The position numbers and the translations under genes are program-made. The notes under the pieces are model-generated. The model ran no database searches. It had not been told where the DNA came from and was given only the letters and a program-made list of their open reading frames with translations. 60,331 nucleotides of DNA, taken from Candidatus Binatus sp. (GTDB taxonomy: Bacteria; Desulfobacterota; Binatia; Binatales; Binataceae). Below, one piece after another: positions 1 through 8,674 of this stretch (the stretch's first letter is position 1; each line of letters opens with the position of its first letter). The stretch covers positions 1-60,331 of the forward strand of contig JBEKLS010000003.1 in assembly GCA_050010075.1 (NCBI GenBank), read 5' to 3'.

Positions 1-134
1 TCCTCCATTTGCTTTGCAACTTCCTTCCGAACTGACGAATTCTGCGCGGACGACTCTGCAGAACACGCGACCAGCGAGACGATAGCAATCAGAAAAAGTG
101 CCAGACGGCCGACACACATTAGGGCAGATTTCAT
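1..134 (-). CDS. lipoprotein, N-terminal part only (gene runs off the window start)
   Basis: Minus-strand ATG at 134-132. Reads MKSALMCVGRLALFLIAIVSLVACSAESSAQNS: hydrophobic signal segment plus lipobox L-V-A-C. Too short for the ORF track. Confidence 0.35.
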   Translation of the reverse strand, partial: MKSALMCVGRLALFLIAIVSLVACSAESSAQNSSVRKEVAKQME

Positions 135-263
135 TACAATTACCTTCACCTATCGAATAGGTGCCTTAAGGGAGTTCCGATGGAACTCCGGCAACAAGTC
201 GACACTAGCCAGTCGCGTCTCGTTACAAGAGCGCAGATCTGGCTCGATCGCCGAAAGTTAAGG

Positions 264-652
264 CTAGCTCAGTGGGTCTGATCCGCCCGAGCCGGTAAAC
301 TTGGGCTTGAAGCGTAACAGGAAGCGAATGGGCACGGGTTCCGAAGAGATACGAGCGTTTGCAAGGGGCTTGGAGAAAACCGGTGTCACAAGCACGACTA
401 GCACGCTTGGAGCAACCTTCGCGTGCACTATATGCTCCGCATGCTCCGCGCCAGTGATCTCAGGTTGAGCCAGGAAAGTGTTTCTCTCGATCGCGCGGCG
501 TATCTCCGGCGTGCGAAAGTGGAATGCGAATCGATGAACTTTGTTGGCAGGAAACGAGAGCAATGAACTTTGTTGGCAGGAAACGAGAGCAACATCACGA
601 CGGCAATGAAGCACAGTAAAGCTCGAACGGCTGCGGAGGTTTTCATTCTCAT
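264..652 (-). pseudogene. small secreted protein gene frameshifted by a 29-bp tandem duplication
   Basis: ORFs 428..652 and 264..614 each read LLSFPANKVH across one repeat copy. Removing one 29-bp copy fuses them in frame into a 119-aa ORF (MRMKTSAAVRALLCFIAVVMLLSFPANKVHRFAFHFRTPEIRR...) with a signal-like N-terminus. Confidence 0.5.
534..591. repeat. perfect 29-bp tandem duplication (copies 534-562 and 563-591)
   Basis: atgaactttgttggcaggaaacgagagca occurs twice back to back with no mismatch. Confidence 0.95.
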
Positions 653-743
653 TTTGGTTACTTGCGCGTCACACGCCCGTCACACTTCCACAATTCTACC
701 ATCTTTCAGCCGAGTCAATAAGGCACTCCGAATCAGTTCATCG

Positions 744-1196
744 TTAAGCAGGCCCCGTAGTCGGAGCGGTGTGGTGTAATACGAGCACGGGACAAGGAGC
801 TTCGCGAATGACGTGCTCAGTGACGCTGCCCAAAACGAAGTGCTCAAGCCCGGTGCGCCCGTGCGTCACCATTACAATCAAGTCTACCGCGAGATCGCGC
901 GCGGCTCGCACGATATCCAGGTCAGGCACACCCGTTCTTACCTCGATAACACATTGAACCTCAGGCTTGAGGGTCTTCTTGACTATCTCCGCGATCCTGG
1001 ACCTGGCTTCCTTTTCCCAGCGCGGATGAGAGTCAAACGGTAGCGGAACGTCCATGTCCTGCGTGGGCACTCTGGCGATGTGCAGGATGTAGAGGGTCGC
1101 GTTGCTTTCCTTTGCCAGCGTGCCCGACAAAAGCAGTGCGGCGGTTGAATTTCCATCGAATTCGAACGCGCACATTATCTTACTGTATTTCAGCAT
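744..1196 (-). CDS. universal stress protein (UspA family)
   Basis: 150 aa. Typical Usp C-terminal motif DLIVMVTHGRTGLEHFVLGSVTEHVIREAPCPVLVL. ATG confirmed at 1196-1194. Lies 20 bp downstream of the TolC-like gene on the same strand. Confidence 0.85.
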   Translation of the reverse strand: MLKYSKIMCAFEFDGNSTAALLLSGTLAKESNATLYILHIARVPTQDMDVPLPFDSHPRWEKEARSRIAEIVKKTLKPEVQCVIEVRTGVPDLDIVRAARDLAVDLIVMVTHGRTGLEHFVLGSVTEHVIREAPCPVLVLHHTAPTTGPA

Positions 1197-1216
1197 AGCT
1201 TCCCCAGGATATTGCC

Positions 1217-2647
1217 CTAGAACTCCGCCAGCGATCGGCCGGTCGCTCGATCAACTGCTGCCTTGGTGACCGAGAATCCGTAAAGGGCGTCGGCATACGC
1301 GGCATCGTCAGCGGTGTAGCTGCGTTGCGCATCCTCCAGTTCGATAATACTTGTCAGGCCTGCTTGATAGCGTTTCTCGGCGAGTTCCAGTTCCGCGCTC
1401 GAGGCAGCAAGCGTCTTTTCCGCGTGGTTGATGCGTTGAAGAGAAGCCTGCCAATTCAGAAACGCAGTATGGACCTGCAGAATTATTTCCTGCCGCAGGT
1501 CCTCGATCTCGCGAAGGATAGCGTGCTGCCGAAATTTGGTCTCTGCAATTTGATCAGTGGTGAGAAAGCTGTTGAAGATCGGCCAGGTGATTACGATCCC
1601 GGCGTCGAAATTGTTTGCCGCAGGAGTTCCAGTCCCAAGTGCCGAGTATCCTGCTACAGCATTCGCAGTAGGAAAGTAGTCGCTCTTGTATTGGACTATT
1701 CTAGCTCCCATCGCTTTTGCTTGATCCTGGAGCGCCGTCAGGTCGGGTCTGGACCGCCAAGCGGTGTCGAGCAACGACTGCAGTGAATCCGTGACCGGAT
1801 AGTAAGTCAGAATGTCCGCCGGTTCGTATGCCGGCGCCGAGTCACTTAGACCCAAAGCGTTGTCAAGACCAACTTTTGCATCCTGGTCGCCATTGCGCGC
1901 ATCGACGAGATTCAGCTGGGCCCGCTCGACTTCGGCTTCGGTAACGTAGGTATCGAGCTGTGGCCGCAAGCCGGCATTAGCCTTAACCTGGGCCTCGTGC
2001 AGGTGATATTGGCGTTGCTCGACTGCTTTCTCGTAAACCGCGATCAATCGTTGCGCCTGTAATAAGGCGAAGTATCGCTGAGAGACTTCGAAGATCAGAT
2101 CGAGCTCGGTGAGCTGTTGATCGGCGGCCGCGGCAGCGGCCTCGAACTGGCGCTCCGAAACGAGTCCATGCCGGCGGCCGAAGTCGACCAGAAATTGGGA
2201 GAGCATCACGCCTCCCATGTAGTTATTCTGGGTGTCCCAACTTTGCGAAAAGTCATTCGAAGGCAGATTGTGATTTGTTCCACTTATTCGCGGGAACGCT
2301 CCGTCTGCATTGTAGTAACTTGCATTGCCGATGCCATTTTCGGTGCTGCGCAAATATTGAGCGGCGCCAAACAGTTGCGGGCCCAGGTATGATCGCGCCT
2401 GGCCGATCTGCTGCTGTGCCGCGCTGGTGTTATCCTCTGCTTCCTGGAGTCTCGGGTGATATTTCAAAGCGATCGCGATCGCATCCTTGAGCGTTAATTG
2501 CGAGCCCGGCCGAATTGGACCTCCCGGAGCGGGTGCCGCAACTTGCGTATCGCCGGGTAATGCCGCCGCAGGACCCGCCGCATTGACGATTCCGTGCGCC
2601 AGGAGAAGTACCGATGTGGACAGAACGAGGTTTCGCAAAGATTTCAT
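1217..2647 (-). CDS. TolC-family outer membrane efflux protein
   Basis: ORF 1217..2662 begins with TTG. The ATG at 2647 gives MKSLRNLVLSTSVLLLAHGIVNAAG (signal peptide). Outer-membrane-factor-like repeats with coiled-coil segments. Last structural gene of the RND operon. Confidence 0.85.
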   Translation of the reverse strand: MKSLRNLVLSTSVLLLAHGIVNAAGPAAALPGDTQVAAPAPGGPIRPGSQLTLKDAIAIALKYHPRLQEAEDNTSAAQQQIGQARSYLGPQLFGAAQYLRSTENGIGNASYYNADGAFPRISGTNHNLPSNDFSQSWDTQNNYMGGVMLSQFLVDFGRRHGLVSERQFEAAAAAADQQLTELDLIFEVSQRYFALLQAQRLIAVYEKAVEQRQYHLHEAQVKANAGLRPQLDTYVTEAEVERAQLNLVDARNGDQDAKVGLDNALGLSDSAPAYEPADILTYYPVTDSLQSLLDTAWRSRPDLTALQDQAKAMGARIVQYKSDYFPTANAVAGYSALGTGTPAANNFDAGIVITWPIFNSFLTTDQIAETKFRQHAILREIEDLRQEIILQVHTAFLNWQASLQRINHAEKTLAASSAELELAEKRYQAGLTSIIELEDAQRSYTADDAAYADALYGFSVTKAAVDRATGRSLAEF

Positions 2648-2697
2648 TATCAGCCCACCCAACTGTTCGTTGATTTGGCGTTGACAGTTTGTTCGAC

Positions 2698-3879
2698 TTA
2701 GTCAGAGCTCTGAGTCGACGCCGATGTAGCCTGCCCATCGCCATTCTGAATCCGACAATCCACCTGCTGTCCCGGAGTTAGATTGTTGCTGTAGGTCGCG
2801 ACTACCAGCGATTGTGGCGACAGGCCCGACGTTACTTCGACATAGGCGCCATTGTTGATCCCGGTTTTCACCGGAACTTCGACCAGCCGACCGTCGTTAA
2901 CGACTAATAGGCGCGCGGACTCTCCTGAACCTTGAATAGCAGAAGCCGGGACGCTCAGAGCGTCAGGGTGGCGCACCAGCTCGATCGTGACGTGAGCATA
3001 GCTTCGCGGATAGACGAGCCGCTTCGGATTATCTATGTCGACCTCGGTCAGCATCGTCCGCGTTGCCAGATCGAGCGACGACGCATACCTGGCGACGGTG
3101 CCGTTGAATACTCGATCCGGAAACTCATCGAAGTGCAGACTCGCCGGTGTACCGACATGGATAAAAGGATATGAAGCTTCCGGTACGTAGATATAGACAC
3201 GTAATTTATCTATCTCGGCCAGCGTGAGAATCGGACCGCCGCCCTCGCGGTGCCCTCCGGCTCCCTCGGTAGCTCCGGGAGAAATCAATCCCGAGGTTTC
3301 ATCGACTCCGATGTCACCGCCGCCCGCGCGGATCAGCGCCCCAGGATCGGCGAATCGCCCCGTGATTACGCCGCCAAAGGGGGCAATGATCTTTGTGTAT
3401 CCGAACATGGTTTGCAGGGTTGCAACCGCGGCCTGCGCCTCAAGATACTTGGCGTACGCCATGTCGACGTCTTGCTGTGCGATTAAGCGGGAGTCGCTCT
3501 GCTGAACCTTCTTCAGCCGATCGTAAGTTATCCGCTCGATTTCGAGGCTCGCCTGCGAGCGCACCAGGTTCGATTGCAATTCCGGCACTTCAATTTCGGC
3601 TAGTACCTGTCCCGCCTTCACCGAGTCACCTTTGTCGACGCTGATACTCTTCAGGTAACCTGTAACCTTCGCGTGAAGCGCGGCTTCATAGAAACCTACG
3701 ACGTCGCCTGGCATCTCAATCGACTTGGCTATATCTCCCTGGCGCGGATGGACAACGTCCACCGTCGCTCGTTGAGGAGTAGTCATAGGAATAACTGGCG
3801 CATCGCAGCCGCCAAGCAATACGGCGATCGACAGAATAGCTGCTAGTCGGATGAGTAATCTAAACATCGGCATCATCAA
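2698..3879 (-). CDS. efflux RND transporter periplasmic adaptor (MFP/HlyD family)
   Basis: 393 aa. Lipobox LLGGC. Lipoyl-like motif VKAGQVLAEIEVPEL. Start region TTGATGATG overlaps the TGA stop of the upstream RND gene, so the true start may be the ATG at 3876. Confidence 0.88.
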   Translation of the reverse strand: MMMPMFRLLIRLAAILSIAVLLGGCDAPVIPMTTPQRATVDVVHPRQGDIAKSIEMPGDVVGFYEAALHAKVTGYLKSISVDKGDSVKAGQVLAEIEVPELQSNLVRSQASLEIERITYDRLKKVQQSDSRLIAQQDVDMAYAKYLEAQAAVATLQTMFGYTKIIAPFGGVITGRFADPGALIRAGGGDIGVDETSGLISPGATEGAGGHREGGGPILTLAEIDKLRVYIYVPEASYPFIHVGTPASLHFDEFPDRVFNGTVARYASSLDLATRTMLTEVDIDNPKRLVYPRSYAHVTIELVRHPDALSVPASAIQGSGESARLLVVNDGRLVEVPVKTGINNGAYVEVTSGLSPQSLVVATYSNNLTPGQQVDCRIQNGDGQATSASTQSSD

Positions 3880-6800
3880 TTCTCGATGAGCGTTGGCGCG
3901 GTAGGTTCGCCCTGGATCCGCCGATAGAAGAACTCGTAAACGCAGGGCACCAGGAACAGCGTGAGTCCGGTGGAGACGATAAGACCGCCGACAGCCGCCC
4001 TTGCCAAAGGAGCTGAAGCTTCGGATCCCTCGCCCAGTTTCATCGCGATCGGCATAAGTCCAGCAACAGTCGCCAATGCGGTCATCAGGATTGGCCTCAT
4101 TCTTATCCGAGCCGAGTCGATCGCGGCGCGCCTTAACTCATGTCCCTGTCGTCGTCGTTCATTGGCGAAGTCGACGAGCAAAATCGAATTCGACACCACG
4201 ATGCCCACCATCACGATGATCCCCATGAAGGATTCGATATTAAGCGTAGTTCCCGTTAACCATAGCGTCCAAATGACTCCTATCAATCCCATCGGAACCG
4301 CGAACATGATGATTAGTGGATCGAGGAAGGACCGAAATTGAGCGACCATCACCAGGTAGAGCAGAACCACTGCCAGGGAAAGGCCGAAGCCGAAGCTCGC
4401 GAAAGATTTCTGCATCGAGCTGACCGCGCCGTGGTACCTCACGGAGACCCCCGGAGGCAGAGTCATCTTGCTGACTTCGCTTTGGATCTTCGCCTGCGTG
4501 CCACCCTGATCGGAGGTGCTGGGCGCCACCAGCAGGTCGACGACACGCTGAATGCTGTAATGATCGGCTTCGGAAGGGTGGAATTCGGGAGAAATCGTCG
4601 CCACATCTCTTAGCAACAGGCTTGACGCGTGGCCGTTTTCCCTGTTCACGGTCTCGATCGGGATGTTTTGCAGGACTTCCAGAGAATCAAAACCGTTCTC
4701 AGCGCCTGGGTATTGCGCCGTCAGAAAGTAGTCGTCGTTGTCGGCGTGGTCGATCCAAATTGAAGGCTTAATATATAGGTTTGAATCGAGCGCGGTGATA
4801 ACGTTCTGTATAACTTCCTGTTGCGCGACGCCCAAACGCGCTGCTCTCACCCGGTCAACCTTGATATTCAATGTCGGATAGTCCAACTCCTGCGCGATGA
4901 AACTCTGCGAGACCTCGGGCAGGCCATTTATTCTCTCCTGAAGTTCCTTCGCCACCTTATTGAGTTCGCTAAAGCTGTTACCCGCGAACTGCACATCGAT
5001 CGAGGCCATCATCCCTAGATTTAAAACCGAATCGATTATGCTTCCCGATGAAAACAGAGTCCGGGCATCCGGAACTTGTGCAGGAAGAATCTGCTTCAAC
5101 TGAGCTATGTAGTCCTCGGTCGGACGCCGATGACCGGACTTGAGCGCAACTTGCATGAAGGCTGAATCCTGGGCTGCGTTAGGCGAGTAAATCGCCGAGA
5201 TGCTGGGGGCAATTCCGATATTCGAAACGACCATGTCGAGCTCGTCTGCCGGAATCACCTTACGAATGATGGCCTCGATTTGACGCGCCATCTCGGTCGT
5301 CTTCTCGATACGGGTACCGGCGGGCGCGCGAAAATTAATCGTGAAGGTTCCCGCATCGGTCTCGGGGAACAACTCAGTACCGAGCCGCGGATACATCGCG
5401 AGGCTGACGACGAATAGAATCGTGACTCCGATGATGACCACCGACTTGTGGTTCAGCGCATTCTCAAGCAGACGTTCGTAACCCAGGGCAAAGCGCTCAT
5501 ATACGCGATTGAACGCCGCGAATACCCGGGATGATTCTCCGTGTTCCGCCGCGAGCGCCTGTTCACTGGTCAGAAAGCGAGCGCAGTAGAGCGGTATTAT
5601 GCTCATCGCGACCAGGTACGACGCGCCCATCGACAGCACCACCGCCAGCGCCAGCGCGCTGAACAGATACTTGGCGACTCCGAACAGAAACATGACCGGG
5701 AAGAAAACGATGCAGGTGGTTATCGTCGAGGCGAGAACCGGAAGTGCTACTTCCTCGGCTCCTTCGCGTGCGGCGGCGTGCGGTTCTTTGCCCTCCGCCA
5801 GGTGGCGATTGATGTTCTCGAGCACCACCACCGAGTCATCGACCAGCCGGCCTATCGCAAGCGCGAATCCGCCTAGCGTCATGATATTGATGGTCGAACC
5901 GTTCATGAAGAGACCGAATCCACCTGCCAGAATAGAAAGTGGAATGGACAGGAAAATCGCAAAGGTCGATCGGAAACTGCCGAGAAATATGAGAATCACC
6001 AGCGAAGCCAGCACCGAACCGGATATAGCCTCATGTTCCAGACTAGCCACCGCTTGCCTGACATAAATGGACTGGTCAAGGATGGTTTTCAATTTCATCC
6101 CGGCGGGAAGTCCGAACACCTTCGGCAGAAGGTCCCTGATGCCATCGACCACCGAGATCGTGTTAGCGCCGGCTTGGCGGAGAACCGGGACGTATACCGA
6201 CGGTTGCCCGTTAATGAGCACTTTGTTGTATTGAATCTGCGCTGAGTCGTCGACCTTCGCGACATCGTCCATCAGTACCGGTGCCTGACCACGTCCGATC
6301 TTCACGGGCACCTGGCCTATATCCGGTACCTTATCAATCATGCTGTTCGAGTAGATGTAGTAATCCTTCGATCCGATCTTGACGTCGCCGGCGGGCAAGA
6401 TGAGGTTGGACGTGTCGAGCGCATGGACGACGTCCATTAGCGAAAGGCCACGCGCTTGCAGCGCCTGCGAATTCGCATACGCCATCACCTGGCGAAACTT
6501 GCCGCCGAAGGGGATAGGTACCGACGCGCCCGGCACGGTCGCGAGCTGGTTGCGGACATTGTAGCGGGCTTGATCCTCGAGTTGAGTCTCGTCGTAACCC
6601 TTACCCTCGAGTGTGACCAGCACTACCGGCAGAGAAGACGCGTCATATTGCAACACCAGCGGCGGGAGCGTGCCCGGGGGCATGATTCCGAGATCCGCCA
6701 TCGCCAGGGTTCCCATCTGTGCAGCCGCGGACTCGACGTCCGTGCCGGGCTGAAAGAACACCTTGATGATGCTGACGCCCGAGAGCGAACGCGACTCGAT

Positions 6801-7046
6801 ATGGTCAATGTTGCTGCCCAGCGTAAAGAATCGCTCGTAACGGAAGGTTATGTTGTCTTCCATATCGAGCGGCGGCATACCCTGGTAGAAGGTAGCCACC
6901 ACAACCGCCGGAATTTTAATGTCCGGAAAGACGTCCACCGGCATCCGCGTAAACGCAGTTGCACCCAGAATTACGATCACAAGCGCTCCGACGATGATTA
7001 AGTACGGATTGCGCAGCGAGAAACTTGGCACGATGCAAACTCCCAA
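3876..7046 (-). CDS. RND efflux permease (AcrB/HAE-like)
   Basis: 1056 aa. RND-like N-terminus FSLRNPYLIIVGALVIVILG and C-terminal GIVVSNSILLVDFANERR segment. The codon at 7046 is TTG; the GTG at 7031 is an alternative start. Confidence 0.92.
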   Translation of the reverse strand: MGVCIVPSFSLRNPYLIIVGALVIVILGATAFTRMPVDVFPDIKIPAVVVATFYQGMPPLDMEDNITFRYERFFTLGSNIDHIESRSLSGVSIIKVFFQPGTDVESAAAQMGTLAMADLGIMPPGTLPPLVLQYDASSLPVVLVTLEGKGYDETQLEDQARYNVRNQLATVPGASVPIPFGGKFRQVMAYANSQALQARGLSLMDVVHALDTSNLILPAGDVKIGSKDYYIYSNSMIDKVPDIGQVPVKIGRGQAPVLMDDVAKVDDSAQIQYNKVLINGQPSVYVPVLRQAGANTISVVDGIRDLLPKVFGLPAGMKLKTILDQSIYVRQAVASLEHEAISGSVLASLVILIFLGSFRSTFAIFLSIPLSILAGGFGLFMNGSTINIMTLGGFALAIGRLVDDSVVVLENINRHLAEGKEPHAAAREGAEEVALPVLASTITTCIVFFPVMFLFGVAKYLFSALALAVVLSMGASYLVAMSIIPLYCARFLTSEQALAAEHGESSRVFAAFNRVYERFALGYERLLENALNHKSVVIIGVTILFVVSLAMYPRLGTELFPETDAGTFTINFRAPAGTRIEKTTEMARQIEAIIRKVIPADELDMVVSNIGIAPSISAIYSPNAAQDSAFMQVALKSGHRRPTEDYIAQLKQILPAQVPDARTLFSSGSIIDSVLNLGMMASIDVQFAGNSFSELNKVAKELQERINGLPEVSQSFIAQELDYPTLNIKVDRVRAARLGVAQQEVIQNVITALDSNLYIKPSIWIDHADNDDYFLTAQYPGAENGFDSLEVLQNIPIETVNRENGHASSLLLRDVATISPEFHPSEADHYSIQRVVDLLVAPSTSDQGGTQAKIQSEVSKMTLPPGVSVRYHGAVSSMQKSFASFGFGLSLAVVLLYLVMVAQFRSFLDPLIIMFAVPMGLIGVIWTLWLTGTTLNIESFMGIIVMVGIVVSNSILLVDFANERRRQGHELRRAAIDSARIRMRPILMTALATVAGLMPIAMKLGEGSEASAPLARAAVGGLIVSTGLTLFLVPCVYEFFYRRIQGEPTAPTLIEN

Positions 7047-7135
7047 TCCTCGGCAGAGCGCCGATGAATTTCAAACTTGACTACCATCGCCCGCGAAACT
7101 CTTCGCGTGTCAGCGAATCACGAGTCTAAGTTTTC

Positions 7136-7636
7136 CTAGAGCGGGTCTTGGTTTTCCGTGCGCGACGGGAGCAACTTGCTGCGTCTTATGATCGGTCTTA
7201 TAGACGGGAACACGAATCTGATCGTCAGTAACGGTGTGAGGGCCTGATCTTCCGGTACAATTTTCGGGTCCTGCGGTAATGGAACGCCATTCGCCTCGTA
7301 GGCAGCCTTGAGGTCGGGTAGCCTTGACGAATCATCGGTGAATCTCTGTGCTCCGCCGAGAGTCGTATTCTCTACAGACACAGAGGAAAGGCGAATATGC
7401 GGTCGCTGAATGCGAGGCATGAAGGCCACGATGCTCATCGCGACCAGAACTGGAGCAATCCACTGGAGATGTCGGCGAGTAAGCACGTTTACCACACAGA
7501 ATTTTACCGTATCAGATTTTGGATGCAAGTGAATATAGTCTTCGTGCTCGGTCCTCAATCCTCGCGATCCGCCTGATGTAGACGAAGACAATCGGCGAGA
7601 ACCAAATCCCGAGCCGCATATTTGGGAGATTGGCAT
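7136..7636 (-). CDS. hypothetical protein, possibly membrane-anchored; start uncertain
   Basis: Only the part from about VLTRRHLQWIAPVLVAMSIVAFM (GTG near 7486-7495) looks protein-like (positive N-region plus one TM). The upstream part is Ser/Gly/Arg-rich. No family recognised. Confidence 0.25.
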   Translation of the reverse strand: MPISQICGSGFGSRRLSSSTSGGSRGLRTEHEDYIHLHPKSDTVKFCVVNVLTRRHLQWIAPVLVAMSIVAFMPRIQRPHIRLSSVSVENTTLGGAQRFTDDSSRLPDLKAAYEANGVPLPQDPKIVPEDQALTPLLTIRFVFPSIRPIIRRSKLLPSRTENQDPL

Positions 7637-7876
7637 TCACACTCGATGCCGTGTGAGCAATTGAGTCGCCGAGACATTGTCGCTCAAATCTGGCTGGCTC
7701 TCGCAGGGCATGCCGACGTTGATCAGCTCGAAGGGAAATCCCTGATCGCGCAAATGCAATCCAAAATTGTAGCCGATCCCGATGCTATCTACTCGAACCG
7801 ATGAAAGGCGGCTTCGATACGGACTAAGATACTTTACGACTTCACCCCGCGCGTCGCTGCCTCGCCAAGCGCCCAC
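7637..7876 (-). pseudogene. possible relic of a phage terminase large-subunit C-terminal (nuclease) region
   Basis: 79-aa ORF reads WRGSDARGEVVKYLSPYRSRLSSVRVDSIGIGYNFGLHLRDQGFPFELINVG. This resembles the ...v.vD..G.G.gv.d.L...G..v..vn.G stretch of terminase large subunits. It has no N-terminal ATPase part and is bounded by stops. Confidence 0.25.
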
Positions 7877-8013
7877 TTTTGCGATCTTGTGCTCGTTGGA
7901 TGCCGAGCTGCATAGATAGACGACGGTCTCGCTATCTCCGCCGCCAACATATCGGCAATTTGCTCCAAGTCCGGCAAAGTTCTATTTGTTTTCCGATCGC
8001 TGGAGGTTTTGCG

Positions 8014-8433
8014 ATGAGCGAACAGGAAAATCTCCAAACCGCACAGCGCTTCTACAAATTGGTTAACGCTGGAGATCTTGCCGCAGTCTCGGCGCTAGTG
8101 ACCGAGGACGTGGATTGGAAGGACGCCGGCGCAGGCAACTTGCCCTGGAGTACCTGGTGTCACGGGCGGGAAGAGTTCGAGCGCTATGCCAGCAAGTTTC
8201 TTGGGTTGCTCGAGGTTCGCGCCTTCCAACCGGATGAATTCGTCGTGGGGCGAGACAGCGTGGTAGTACTTGGCTTCGAGCGGTTGGTGCTGCGCGCGAG
8301 CAACCGCGTGGTCGAAGCAAACTGGGTGCAGGTATTGACCTTCCGCGACGGCCTGATTTGCCGCTTCCGCGAGTACTCGGATATGGCGGGGCTAGGAGGC
8401 CGAAGCGCCCAAGCAATTGCATCAGACCGCTGA
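8014..8433 (+). CDS. NTF2/SnoaL-like domain protein
   Basis: ATG at 8014 preceded by GGAGG (8003-8007). MSEQENLQTAQRFYKLVNAGDLAAVSALVTEDVDW... is a typical ketosteroid-isomerase/SnoaL-like N-terminus. The ORF-track extension to 7879 was rejected. Confidence 0.8.
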   Translation: MSEQENLQTAQRFYKLVNAGDLAAVSALVTEDVDWKDAGAGNLPWSTWCHGREEFERYASKFLGLLEVRAFQPDEFVVGRDSVVVLGFERLVLRASNRVVEANWVQVLTFRDGLICRFREYSDMAGLGGRSAQAIASDR

Positions 8434-8436
8434 TAG

Positions 8437-8610
8437 GCACGGCAGAAAGATCGACCGCGAGATCCGCGACCTCATCCGCGATTGTCCACTCGACACCACC
8501 ATTTCCGGACGGTCGGCATCGACGGTGACTGGGGCGCTGGGAAGTCCAGTGTCCTCAAGATGGTCGAATCCGGCATGCACGACGACAAGTATTGCGGCGC
8601 AAGGTGAACT
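8437..8610 (+). pseudogene. fragment of a KAP-family P-loop NTPase gene (Walker A region only)
   Basis: Frame containing 8515 reads FRTVGIDGDWGAGKSSVLKMVESGMHDDKYCGAR then stop. G-x-W-G-x-G-K-S after a hydrophobic strand is the KAP NTPase Walker A signature. The adjacent frame (REIRDLIRDCPLDTT) suggests an additional frameshift. Confidence 0.35.
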
Positions 8611-8674
8611 ACCCCGACCTTAAACGGCTGGTGCGCCTGCAGGCATAGTGCCGCCTCTGGTGGTGGCTTTCGGG

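Noticed and set aside
534-591. Considered whether the 29-bp repeat is a minimal CRISPR array or a regulatory iteron
   Set aside because: The two copies are directly adjacent with no spacer and lie inside a coding frame. No cas genes or further repeats are present. A simple tandem duplication is the better explanation.
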